A stretch of 54,982 nt of DNA from Eubacteriales bacterium (GTDB lineage Bacteria; Bacillota; Clostridia; Oscillospirales; UBA644). Location of the stretch: positions 1 to 54,982 of the forward strand of contig JAZRUJ010000067.1 in the NCBI GenBank assembly GCA_045652445.1. Direction: 5' to 3'. The notes beneath the pieces are model-generated. The model was not told where the DNA came from. It worked only from the letters and a program-made list of their open reading frames with translations, and did no database searches. Positions 36,410 through 45,050 of the stretch are shown here, in pieces; within the stretch, counting starts at the first letter, position 1; each line of letters opens with the position of its first letter. The position numbers and the translations under genes are program-made.

Positions 36410-37761
36410 TTCCCGTTTCGCTCCAAACACACCAAACTTTCCACGTGGCCCGTGCAGGGGAACATGTCGTAGGGGGTGACGGCGGAAGGGGTGTAGGCGT
36501 CGGACAAAAGCGTCAGATCCCGGGCTTGGGTGGAGGGGTTGCAGGAAATATAGATGATTTTTTTCGGGGCAATTTGCTTCAGGGCGTTGATGGCGTCGGC
36601 AGACAATCCCTTGCGAGGGGGGTCCACGATGACGGCGGTGGGTCTTTCGGCAAGCGTGTCGATGATTTCCAAGGTCTTGGACGCGTCGGCGGCAAAGAAT
36701 TGAGCGTTTTCAATGCCGTTCAATCTGGCGTTTTCTTTGGCGTCCTCGATGGCTTCGGGGATTACTTCGATGCCAATCAATTTTTTCACGTTTTTTGCAC
36801 AGGTAAGCCCGATGGTGCCGATGCCGCAATACAGATCCAGAAGAATATCGTCGGGAGAAAGGTGGGCTGCTGCGGCGGCGTAAATAGCTTCGGCCTGGGG
36901 CGTGTTGATTTGATAGAACGACCGGGGGGAAATGGAAAATCGAACCCCGTTCATGGTGTCGAAAATTCGCGGATCTCCCCACAACAGAGAGAATCGGTCT
37001 CCGAAGATTACGTTGGTCTTTCTGGAATTAAAGTTCAGCCAAAGGCTTTTTACTTGGGGAAATTGAGCCAGCCGTTTCAAAAGATCTTCCTTGGCGGGAA
37101 GGTCGTTCTCGCCTTCGCCGTTGACGGTCAGACACACCATGGTTTCCCCCGTGTGATGCCCCCGGCGGAGAAACAGGTGGCGAATCAGCCCCTTGCCGGA
37201 AGCTTCGTCGTAGGCAGAAACGCCGTTGGTTTTTATCCATTCTTCCACCGTCCGAACTATGGGGGCAAAGGTTTCGTTGCCTGCGGCACAGTCCGAAACC
37301 GGGACTACCCGATGGGAATGGAGGGAATAAAATCCGAATTTTCCGTCGGCAGACAAGGGCAACTGCAACTTATTCCGATATCCGGTATTTTCCGGCGATG
37401 CCACGCAGTCGTTGACGGTGACAGGGTGGGGGTAATTCAATTTATATGCCTGTTTGACCGAATGGGTTTTATATCCCAATTCCGCCTCGTAAGAAACGTG
37501 ATGAAAGGCACAGCCCCCGCACTTTTCCGCCACGGGACAAACGGGCGTGATACGGTGGGAAGAAGGGGTTACGATGCGATGCAAAATGGCGACGGCGTAG
37601 TTTTTCAAAACCTTGATAATGAGGCATTCTGCCACGTCCCCCACGGCGGCGGCACGGACGAAGACCGGGAAAAATCTTCCCCCTTGTTCCACGTGTCCGA
37701 TTCCGGCACCGTCAAAGGTCATGTCGGTAATTTCTACCGTAACCAAATCATTTTTCCGCAT
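36406..37761 (-). CDS. rlmD: 23S rRNA (uracil-C5)-methyltransferase RlmD/RumA family
   Basis: TRAM domain start, Fe-S cysteines CPVAEKCGGC, SAM motif LDLYCGIGTIG, and catalytic SCNP. The ATG at 37761 has a GGGAGAG RBS. Confidence 0.88.
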   Translation of the reverse strand: MRKNDLVTVEITDMTFDGAGIGHVEQGGRFFPVFVRAAAVGDVAECLIIKVLKNYAVAILHRIVTPSSHRITPVCPVAEKCGGCAFHHVSYEAELGYKTHSVKQAYKLNYPHPVTVNDCVASPENTGYRNKLQLPLSADGKFGFYSLHSHRVVPVSDCAAGNETFAPIVRTVEEWIKTNGVSAYDEASGKGLIRHLFLRRGHHTGETMVCLTVNGEGENDLPAKEDLLKRLAQFPQVKSLWLNFNSRKTNVIFGDRFSLLWGDPRIFDTMNGVRFSISPRSFYQINTPQAEAIYAAAAAHLSPDDILLDLYCGIGTIGLTCAKNVKKLIGIEVIPEAIEDAKENARLNGIENAQFFAADASKTLEIIDTLAERPTAVIVDPPRKGLSADAINALKQIAPKKIIYISCNPSTQARDLTLLSDAYTPSAVTPYDMFPCTGHVESLVCLERNGK

Positions 37762-37793
37762 GAACCTACACTCTCCCATTTTATATTATTTAT

Positions 37794-37822
37794 ATTCTAT
37801 CATAAGTATAAGAGAATGTCAA
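37794..37822 (-). promoter_or_regulatory. sigma-70 type promoter for rlmD operon
   Basis: The minus strand reads TTGACA (37822-37817), a 17-nt spacer, then TAGAAT (37799-37794). Confidence 0.65.
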
Positions 37823-37825
37823 TAG

Positions 37826-37867
37826 TTTTTAAGGAAAAAGGCACTTTCCCAAGTGGGAAAGTGCCTT
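37826..37867 (-). terminator. intrinsic terminator (strong 13-bp stem)
   Basis: AAGGCACTTTCCC-aagt-GGGAAAGTGCCTT. On the minus strand it is followed by TTTCCTT. Confidence 0.7.
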
Positions 37868-37882
37868 TGCGTAAACTTGGAA

Positions 37883-38041
37883 TTATTCTGCTTTTTCCAG
37901 ATAGATGACGTCGTTTTCGCCCAAAACGAAAGATGTGGGATTCCAATCGACTTTGGTCATAAAGTGATCGTGGTCGATGAGGTATACGTCGTAGCCGGAA
38001 AGATCGGTGGCAATTTCTTGTGCCTTGCGGCGTTTCTTCAA
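37883..38041 (-). CDS. orphan 52-codon ORF (TTG start, no RBS), possible gene remnant
   Basis: Hand translation: (M)KKRRKAQEIATDLSGYDVYLIDHDHFMTKVDWNPTSFVLGENDVIYLEKAE. It lies immediately upstream of the strong terminator. No Shine-Dalgarno sequence was seen. Confidence 0.25.
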   Translation of the reverse strand: MKKRRKAQEIATDLSGYDVYLIDHDHFMTKVDWNPTSFVLGENDVIYLEKAE

Positions 38042-38171
38042 TTATAACACAGTTTTACGGAAAAGTAAAGAGTTCGAAAGAAAAAAATAAGAATCCGAAA
38101 GAAAAAGTTTCGTTTTTCCTGCAAAAATCCGAACATTTCCCGAAATCTGCAAACTTTTTCCGAAACGGGGG

Positions 38172-38201
38172 TTGACAAGTCTCTCTGTATTAGAGTATAA
38201 T
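38172..38201 (+). promoter_or_regulatory. sigma-70 type promoter for asnA-glnN
   Basis: TTGACA (38172-38177), 18-nt spacer, TATAAT (38196-38201). Confidence 0.68.
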
Positions 38202-38245
38202 AAAATATTATAAAACGCATCAACGATCCGAAAGGACTTTGTATC

Positions 38246-39253
38246 ATGAGTAAAACCTTTATCCCTCAAAACTACCGTGCCGATCTGGATCTGTACGACA
38301 CCCAGACCGCCATCGGAAGCATCAAGGAGATCTTCATCGGTCACTTGAGCCGGGCTTTGCATCTGCGTCGGGTTACCGCTCCCCTGTTTGTCGACCCGAA
38401 AATGGGGCTGAACGACGACCTGAACGGTGTGGAACGTCCCGTCTCTTTTGACGTTCCCTCGGCGGGAAAAGACGGTCAGGTAGTTCACTCCCTGGCGAAA
38501 TGGAAGCGTATGGCTCTGCACCAATACGGATTCCGGGTGGGCAGAGGATTGTACACCGACATGAACGCCATTCGCAGAGACGAAGATCTGGACAACCTTC
38601 ACTCCATTTACGTGGACCAATGGGACTGGGAAAAGGTCATTACCGACGATTGCCGGACGGAAGAATATCTGAAGACCACCGTCCAATCCATCGTTAACGC
38701 CATTGTGGCAACGTCTCACGATCTGCGGGTACGATTCCCCCAGATCAAAACGGCGTTGACCCCCGACGTAACCTTTGTAACCTCCCAGGAATTGGAAGAT
38801 CTGTATCCGAACATGACGTCCAAAGAACGGGAAAACGCCTTTACCAAAGAACATAAGACCGTATTTATCATGAAGATCGGGGACGTTCTCCAATCGGGCA
38901 AGAAGCACGACGGCAGAGCACCCGACTACGACGACTGGCAATTAAACGGCGATATTCTCTTCTGGCACGAACCTTTGAACTGTGCCGTGGAAATTTCTTC
39001 CATGGGAATCCGTGTAGATGCAAAAGCCATGGACGAACAGTTGAAGAAATCCGGTTGCGACAATCGCAGAGAATACCCCTTCCACAAAATGGTTTTGGAA
39101 AACCGTCTCCCCCTCACCATTGGAGGCGGGATCGGTCAATCCCGGCTTTGCATGTTGCTTTTGGGCAAGATCCACGTGGGTGAAGTTCAGGTTTCCCTGT
39201 GGGACGACGAAACCCTGCGGATCTGCAAAGAAAACGGGGTAGAAATTCTGTAA
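38246..39253 (+). CDS. asnA: aspartate-ammonia ligase (asparagine synthetase A)
   Basis: VHSLAKWKR, YVDQWDWEKV and GGGIGQSRLCMLLL match E. coli AsnA closely. Confidence 0.93.
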   Translation: MSKTFIPQNYRADLDLYDTQTAIGSIKEIFIGHLSRALHLRRVTAPLFVDPKMGLNDDLNGVERPVSFDVPSAGKDGQVVHSLAKWKRMALHQYGFRVGRGLYTDMNAIRRDEDLDNLHSIYVDQWDWEKVITDDCRTEEYLKTTVQSIVNAIVATSHDLRVRFPQIKTALTPDVTFVTSQELEDLYPNMTSKERENAFTKEHKTVFIMKIGDVLQSGKKHDGRAPDYDDWQLNGDILFWHEPLNCAVEISSMGIRVDAKAMDEQLKKSGCDNRREYPFHKMVLENRLPLTIGGGIGQSRLCMLLLGKIHVGEVQVSLWDDETLRICKENGVEIL

Positions 39254-39285
39254 ACAAACGATATTTTACATATGGAGGAATCACT

Positions 39286-41376
39286 ATGGAACATATTCCC
39301 GAACGTTTCGGTTCGAAAGTATTTAACGACGCCGCCATGGAACGGTATCTTCCCGGCGAAATTTATCAAGAACTGAAAAAGACCGTTCAGGAAGGCCTTC
39401 CTTTGGACAAAAAGATTGCCGACTCCGTGGCAGAAGGCATGAAAAATTGGGCATTGGACAACGGGGCAACCCATTATTGCCATTGGTTCCAGCCCATGAC
39501 CGGCACCACGGCGGAAAAGCACGACTCCTTTATCAATCCCATTGGCGAAGGGAAAATTGCTCTGGAATTCCGGGGCAAAGAATTGATCAAGGGGGAATCC
39601 GACGCATCTTCTTTCCCCAACGGCGGACTTCGTTCCACCTTTGAAGCCCGGGGATATACTGCGTGGGATCCCACGTCTTACGCCTTCATCAAAGATCATA
39701 CCCTCTGCATTCCCACCGCATTCTGCTCTTACGGTGGGCAGGTTTTGGATAAAAAGACCCCGTTGCTCCGTTCCGTGGAAGCCCTGAACGTTCAGGCGAT
39801 GCGGATCTTACGTCTGTTCGGAAACACCACCGCGACCCGGGTGGAAACCACCGTGGGGGCAGAACAGGAATATTTCCTGATCGACGAATCCATGTACGAG
39901 AAGCGGAAAGACCTGATCCTCTGTGGCCGAACCCTGTTTGGTGCAAAGCCCCCCAAAGGTCAGGAATTAAACGACCATTATTTCGGCACTATCAAACCCC
40001 GGGTCTCTCAATTTATGGCAGCGTTGAATGAAGAACTGTGGAAATTGGGCATTCCCGCCAAGACCGAACATAACGAAGCCGCACCCTCCCAGCACGAACT
40101 TGCTCCGGTCTTTGAATCGGCAAACCTTGCCACCGATCACAACCAGATCACCATGGCAATTATGAAAAAATTGGCTCCTCAATTTGGATACGCTTGTCTT
40201 TTGCACGAAAAACCCTTTCACGGGGTCAACGGCAGCGGCAAGCACAACAACTGGGCAATTTCCACCAACGAAGGGGAAAATCTGCTCAAGCCCGGCAAAA
40301 AACCTGCGGAAAACAAACAGTTTTTGCTCTTTTTGACCGCCGTAATTGCCGCCATGGACAAACATCAGGATCTGATGCGGATCTCCGCCGCCTCCGCAAA
40401 CAACGACAACCGTTTGGGTGGCCACGAAGCACCTCCCGCCATCATTTCCATGTATTTGGGCAGCGAACTTTGTGAAATTCTCGACACCATCGAACACGGG
40501 GACAAATACGATCCCCACGGCAAAGTAGTCATGGAATCCGGTGTTGACGTTCTGCCCCGGTTCTCTCAGGATACCACCGACCGGAACCGCACCTCCCCCA
40601 TGGCGTTTACCGGGAATAAATTTGAATTCCGTATGCTGGGCTCTTCCGCTTCCGTTGCGGAAACCAACATCATCATGAATACCGTCGTTGCCGATACCTT
40701 GTGCGATTTTGCCGACGAACTGGAACAGGCTGTAGATTTTGACGCCGCCCTCGATCAGCTGCTCCGCAAAACCATTCGCAAACACCGCCGGATTCTTTTC
40801 AACGGAGACAACTACTCCGAAGAATGGGTGAAAGAAGCCGAAAAGAGAGGACTTCTCAACATTCCCTCCACCAACCTGGCTCTGCCCCATCTGACCGACG
40901 AAAAGAACGTGAAACTCTTTGAAAAGCATCACGTATTCACCGAACAGGAATTGATTTCCCGCCGGGAAATTCTCTTAAGCGAATACGCGAAGGTTCTCAA
41001 TATTGAAGGACAGACCTTGGCAGAAATGGTTCGCCGGGAAATTCTTCCTGCGGTCATGAAGTACACCACTTCCCTGTCCAGCTCCGTGTTGCTGAAAAAA
41101 CAGTTGACAATCGATCCCGAACCGGAATTGGGGTTGGTTACCCGTCTTTCCGCCCTTGCCAAAGAATTGGCAGAACAAACTGCCGGTCTGGAACAGGATC
41201 TTCAAACGGCAAAAGCCACCAACGATTCCGCCCAGGCAAAAGCCGACGTGTACCGGAACGTGGTTTTCGCCCGGATGGGTGTCATTCGCACCATTATCGA
41301 CAAGATCGAACCGGACGTAGACGCCGCAATTTGGCCCTACCCCACCTATACGGACATTCTGTTCTATTGTGATTAA
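39286..41376 (+). CDS. glnN: glutamine synthetase type III
   Basis: About 696 aa. MEHIPERFGSKVFND start and ATHYCHWFQPMTG are typical of GSIII. GGAGG RBS at 39274-39278. The ORF-track start at 39199 overlaps asnA. Confidence 0.88.
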   Translation: MEHIPERFGSKVFNDAAMERYLPGEIYQELKKTVQEGLPLDKKIADSVAEGMKNWALDNGATHYCHWFQPMTGTTAEKHDSFINPIGEGKIALEFRGKELIKGESDASSFPNGGLRSTFEARGYTAWDPTSYAFIKDHTLCIPTAFCSYGGQVLDKKTPLLRSVEALNVQAMRILRLFGNTTATRVETTVGAEQEYFLIDESMYEKRKDLILCGRTLFGAKPPKGQELNDHYFGTIKPRVSQFMAALNEELWKLGIPAKTEHNEAAPSQHELAPVFESANLATDHNQITMAIMKKLAPQFGYACLLHEKPFHGVNGSGKHNNWAISTNEGENLLKPGKKPAENKQFLLFLTAVIAAMDKHQDLMRISAASANNDNRLGGHEAPPAIISMYLGSELCEILDTIEHGDKYDPHGKVVMESGVDVLPRFSQDTTDRNRTSPMAFTGNKFEFRMLGSSASVAETNIIMNTVVADTLCDFADELEQAVDFDAALDQLLRKTIRKHRRILFNGDNYSEEWVKEAEKRGLLNIPSTNLALPHLTDEKNVKLFEKHHVFTEQELISRREILLSEYAKVLNIEGQTLAEMVRREILPAVMKYTTSLSSSVLLKKQLTIDPEPELGLVTRLSALAKELAEQTAGLEQDLQTAKATNDSAQAKADVYRNVVFARMGVIRTIIDKIEPDVDAAIWPYPTYTDILFYCD

Positions 41377-41405
41377 CCTTTCCATCCCGCAAAAGGAGGA
41401 TTCCT

Positions 41406-42170
41406 ATGAACTATAAAATCGGAAAACGGTATTTTTCTTCCAACGGAATCCTTATTCCCGCCATTCTTATGATTGTAGTCGGGAGCCCTTTCCTCTATAG
41501 CTTTTTGATGGCAATGTTTTCCCAAGGGAAAGGATCGTGGCTCGAACTTTTCTCTGCATTTGCATCCAATCCCGAAGAAGCTCTCGCTCTTTCTTGGATA
41601 TTCGTTCTTTGCTTGGGACTTCCTCTCTGCGGAATTCTGATGCTTGTGTTCCGACTCATACGCAGAGTTTCCGACGAAGGTTACGAACAAGCCATCGCAC
41701 AATACCCTCAAGACCTGGTCCTTCGGGCGCGAAAAGCCCTTTCATTTCCCGAAACCGAAGAATTGAAAGCACCTGCCATGATTTTTGAAGACTTTCAATA
41801 TCACGACGTGGGGGAAGTGAAGAAAAACCAAGGTTTGGTACGAACGGATTTGTACCAAAAATCCGCAGTGCTTTTGGCCGAACAGAATCTGAACGTCTAC
41901 TCCCTCACCTTCCGTACCGTCAAGCAGGAAGAATCGGTCAACGTCGAATCGATTCCCTATCGAGACGTAGTTTCGGTTACCTTTGCCCAAACAAACGAAT
42001 TTTTGCGGTCGAATCCCATTTGTATCAAAACCGTGGAAATCGCCACCGCATCGGGAAAGGTTATCAAACTTCCCTACCGTTGCAATGACAAGGCGGAACA
42101 AGACGTGAAAACCATTCGACAAGCAGTACAAGAGAAAAAATCCGCTACGGAGAATGGTGCAGTATGCTGA
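41406..42170 (+). CDS. hypothetical membrane protein (2 N-terminal TM plus soluble domain)
   Basis: 254 aa with a GGAGG RBS. No family recognised. Confidence 0.55.
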   Translation: MNYKIGKRYFSSNGILIPAILMIVVGSPFLYSFLMAMFSQGKGSWLELFSAFASNPEEALALSWIFVLCLGLPLCGILMLVFRLIRRVSDEGYEQAIAQYPQDLVLRARKALSFPETEELKAPAMIFEDFQYHDVGEVKKNQGLVRTDLYQKSAVLLAEQNLNVYSLTFRTVKQEESVNVESIPYRDVVSVTFAQTNEFLRSNPICIKTVEIATASGKVIKLPYRCNDKAEQDVKTIRQAVQEKKSATENGAVC

Positions 42171-42331
42171 AGTATTATAAAATCACCCGGATCGAGGGGG
42201 AATACGCCTATTTGCAGGACGAATCCTCCCCCGACACCGAGGAACTGTTTTTGGCGTTGGCATTGTTGCCCTTGGGGTGCGACGTTACAACTCGCCTGAA
42301 ATGGGAGAATTTTGTTTACGAAATTTTGTAA
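42164..42331 (+). CDS. DUF3006-like small protein
   Basis: Hand translation, 55 aa: MLKYYKITRIEGEYAYLQDESSPDTEELFLALALLPLGCDVTTRLKWENFVYEIL. It fits the DUF3006 pattern (xIxRIEGxxAxL...LP...GD). The start overlaps the upstream stop (ATGCTGA). Confidence 0.55.
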   Translation: MLKYYKITRIEGEYAYLQDESSPDTEELFLALALLPLGCDVTTRLKWENFVYEIL

Positions 42332-42370
42332 CCCCCTTTGTTTGATTGTTTACGTGAGAAGGTGTAACGC

Positions 42371-43318
42371 TTGAAGCGGTTAATGTTTATCTACAATCCC
42401 AAGGCAGGGAAAGGAAAAATCCGAACTCTGCTGGCGGATATTGTGGAGATCTTTGACCGGGCAGGTTTTGAAGTAACCGTCCGCCCCACCCGGCGGAAAG
42501 GAGATACAGCCCGGTTCATTTACAAAAAAGGCGAGTCCTTTGACCGCGTCGTGGTCTGCGGCGGAGACGGAACGCTGAACGAAGCTCTTTCGGGGCTTCG
42601 CCAACGGGCAGAAAAAGGATTAGAATTGCCGGTCTTGGGGTATCTTCCCACAGGATCGACCAATGATTTTGCCGCAAGCCTCGGCATTCCCGCCGACCCG
42701 GTCCGTGCCGCAAAGATCGCCGCCGACGGAAAGGTTTTCTCCTGCGATTGCGGAGACTTTAACGGCAATCCCTTTGCCTACGTTGCCGCCTTCGGTGCCT
42801 TTACCAAAGTTTCCTATGCTACCCCCCAACAGACGAAAAATTCCCTGGGGCATTTTGCCTACGTTTTGGAGGGAATCAAATCTTTGCCCCAGATCAAAGG
42901 CATTCCCGTCACCGTTCAGACCGACGAAGAAACCTTTTCCGGGAATTATTTGTACGGCATGGTCTCCAACTCCAACTCCGTAGGGGGATTTAACGGCATC
43001 TACGGAAAAACCCCCGTCTCCTTGGACGACGGATTTTTGGAGGTTCTGCTGATTAAGGAACCCAAAACCTTGGCAGACCAAAGCGAATTGATGTCCGATC
43101 TTTTGCGGGTAAACTTAAATTCCCGGCACATCGTCTTCCGCAAGGCAAAAAAAGCAGTATTTATTTGCGAAAACGAGTTGGCATGGACCTTGGACGGAGA
43201 ATTTGGCGGAACCCCTCAAAGGGCGGAAATCGTCGCAATTCCCGACGCCTACAACATCGTCATTCCCCCGGAAGAAGCAAAATTGCCTCTCAACGCCTTG
43301 TCGGAAACCAAGGCATAA
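42371..43318 (+). CDS. diacylglycerol/lipid kinase family protein (YegS/DagK-like)
   Basis: FIYNPKAGKGK, VVCGGDGTLNE and LPTGSTNDFA motifs. TTG start 6 nt after AAGGTG. Confidence 0.85.
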   Translation: MKRLMFIYNPKAGKGKIRTLLADIVEIFDRAGFEVTVRPTRRKGDTARFIYKKGESFDRVVVCGGDGTLNEALSGLRQRAEKGLELPVLGYLPTGSTNDFAASLGIPADPVRAAKIAADGKVFSCDCGDFNGNPFAYVAAFGAFTKVSYATPQQTKNSLGHFAYVLEGIKSLPQIKGIPVTVQTDEETFSGNYLYGMVSNSNSVGGFNGIYGKTPVSLDDGFLEVLLIKEPKTLADQSELMSDLLRVNLNSRHIVFRKAKKAVFICENELAWTLDGEFGGTPQRAEIVAIPDAYNIVIPPEEAKLPLNALSETKA

Positions 43319-43335
43319 CACGAAATAAAAAATTG

Positions 43336-43368
43336 CGTCCCTTTGATTTCTCAAAGGGACGTTTTTTT
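43336..43368. terminator. bidirectional intrinsic terminator
   Basis: CGTCCCTTTGA-tttc-TCAAAGGGACG followed by T7, with an A-run on the other side. Confidence 0.85.
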
Positions 43369-44290
43369 AGTCTTGTTTTTTGTGTCTCAGCAAAGCAATC
43401 GCCGTCAGCCCGCCGCAGAACAACAGGGCAATTCCACCGGAAATCAAGCCCAGGGTCAAGGGGGTGAAACAGATCTTTTTCGGAGTTTCGTCGGTATGCT
43501 CCGTAGAAGAAGCCGTCCATTGGGACGTCATCTCCGTAGCATCGTCAGTATCCGTCACGTCGGTAACGTCCGTCTCGTCCGAAACCGTATGGGTAGACGA
43601 ATCGGAAATGGGGAAGTTGGTTTCCGTATCGGTCACGTTCTCGCTGTCGGTCACGTTAGATTGGGTGTTGGAATTCGGTTTTTTGGTGGAGGTCGCCGGA
43701 GGAGTAGAAGATACGGGAGGAGCCGGTTCCGAAGAAACGGGAGGTTCCGGTTCGGAAGACACCGGCGGTTCGGGATTCACCGGCGGTTCGGGATTCACAG
43801 GAGTTTGCTGCAAATTTACCGTCAACGGTGCGGGTGCAGCACAATCCACAGGGGTATTGTTAAAGGTTACAAACTTTTGCACGCTCACAGAAATCGTTAC
43901 CGATGTAGCATTGGGATCAACAATCCGAAAAGGCATGGTAATCACAACGCCGGCAGCCGTAATATCGGACACGCCGCCCCCGGCAATCGTAAGACTTCCC
44001 GTGCTGTTCCCGGTAGAACTGGGAGCCGCGTAGATCATAGGCTTGGAAGTCATATCCGGGTCAGCCGTCAGCTGAACTGCGTTTTTATCGTAAGATACGT
44101 TAAACGTAAAGCCCCCCCACGTCAAATTATCAGGGAATGCAAGGCTGACGGTAAATTTCCCATCGGCAATTACTCCGTGGGAGAGGGTCAAAGCTCCGGC
44201 GGCAGAGGAGGGACGGACAAACGACAGCCCCGCAGTCATCACCATTGCAATACAGACAAAGAACGTAAAAATTCTCTTCATCATAATCAT
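43367..44290 (-). CDS. membrane-anchored cohesin-domain protein (putative anchoring scaffoldin)
   Basis: Signal peptide, then a cohesin-like beta-sandwich (GKFTVSLAFPDNLTWGGFTFNVSYDKNAVQLTA...GVVITMPFRIVD). A PxxPEP linker follows, including two perfect 18-nt tandem units at 43760-43795. Next comes a Thr/Asp-rich region, then C-terminal TM LGLISGGIALLFCGGLTAIALL with RHKKQD. Confidence 0.72.
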   Translation of the reverse strand: MIMMKRIFTFFVCIAMVMTAGLSFVRPSSAAGALTLSHGVIADGKFTVSLAFPDNLTWGGFTFNVSYDKNAVQLTADPDMTSKPMIYAAPSSTGNSTGSLTIAGGGVSDITAAGVVITMPFRIVDPNATSVTISVSVQKFVTFNNTPVDCAAPAPLTVNLQQTPVNPEPPVNPEPPVSSEPEPPVSSEPAPPVSSTPPATSTKKPNSNTQSNVTDSENVTDTETNFPISDSSTHTVSDETDVTDVTDTDDATEMTSQWTASSTEHTDETPKKICFTPLTLGLISGGIALLFCGGLTAIALLRHKKQD

Positions 44291-44302
44291 TGTAATCCTT
44301 TC

Positions 44303-45049
44303 TTATCCTTCTACCGGGAAAATACTGTTTAAACCTACTACTCGTTGTAAAATCAGCATAGCATCGTAAATAGAGATTTCGGATTCTCCCGAAACTTTCG
44401 CAGAATTGATATGATATTCATCAAAGCTTTCCGTTCCGACGATATACTGCAACACTAACATCGCATCGTAAATATCCACGCCGTCCCCGGTCAAATCCCC
44501 ATATCGAAAAGGATTGTTTGCATTGGACAGATGCACCACGGGGGTAGATTCGGGGGAAAAGGCGGTGTAGTCCTGCAGTTTTTTGCCTTTGCTGTCGGTC
44601 AGGTGGGAAACGCACAGGTGATACCCCATCTTGGCTTTCGCCAAATCTTTGACGGTAAAGGCGAAAACGACGATGGCTCCGTCGGTAGTAGTAACTTTAT
44701 AATTGGGGGTTGCCACGGAGGCGATAAAATTTACGTATCCGAGAGCGTTGGCAGATGCCACGTCCCGGCTTCCGGTCATAATGTCCACGTTTTTTCTTCG
44801 GGCGGCACCGATTTTCCCGCCGTCGGTCACCGAAATCAAGGTCAGAGCCGTGGTATCAAACTGAATCCCCAGATCCAGGGAAGTCCAATTCAAACCGTAG
44901 GTATAAACCTCAACCGTCAAATGATTTTTGGCTTCGTTAAACTGGGGTCGCATATACAAAGACGGGACTGCAGGGGCGGCGGAGGTGAAACAAGGAACCA
45001 AGGTGAGAATCAAAACCGTCGTTAAAATGACGGACAGTATTTTTTTCAT
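44303..45049 (-). CDS. secreted cohesin-dockerin adaptor protein
   Basis: Signal peptide MKKILSVILTTVLILTLVPCFTSA. Cohesin-like domain (LTVEVYTYGLNWTSLDLGIQFDTTALTLISV...GAIVVFAFTVKD). C-terminal dockerin repeats are GDLTGDGVDIYDAMLVLQYIVG and a degenerate SGESEISIYDAMLILQRVVG. Confidence 0.72.
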   Translation of the reverse strand: MKKILSVILTTVLILTLVPCFTSAAPAVPSLYMRPQFNEAKNHLTVEVYTYGLNWTSLDLGIQFDTTALTLISVTDGGKIGAARRKNVDIMTGSRDVASANALGYVNFIASVATPNYKVTTTDGAIVVFAFTVKDLAKAKMGYHLCVSHLTDSKGKKLQDYTAFSPESTPVVHLSNANNPFRYGDLTGDGVDIYDAMLVLQYIVGTESFDEYHINSAKVSGESEISIYDAMLILQRVVGLNSIFPVEG

Positions 45050-45050
45050 C

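Noticed and set aside
36106-37908. 600-aa plus-strand ORF, with others at 31618-33015, 30547-31548, 34848-36041, 23969-25204, 52318-53325, 38042-38941, 39967-40932 and 43343-44332
   Set aside because: All are antisense to genes with clear family signatures (rlmD, M18, M29, thrC, aroC, asnA, glnN, cohesin protein). Their translations are Gly/Arg/His-rich and implausible.
39199-39285. Upstream extension of the glnN ORF
   Set aside because: It overlaps the asnA 3' end and has no RBS. The ATG at 39286 has a GGAGG 7 nt upstream and matches the usual GSIII N-terminus.
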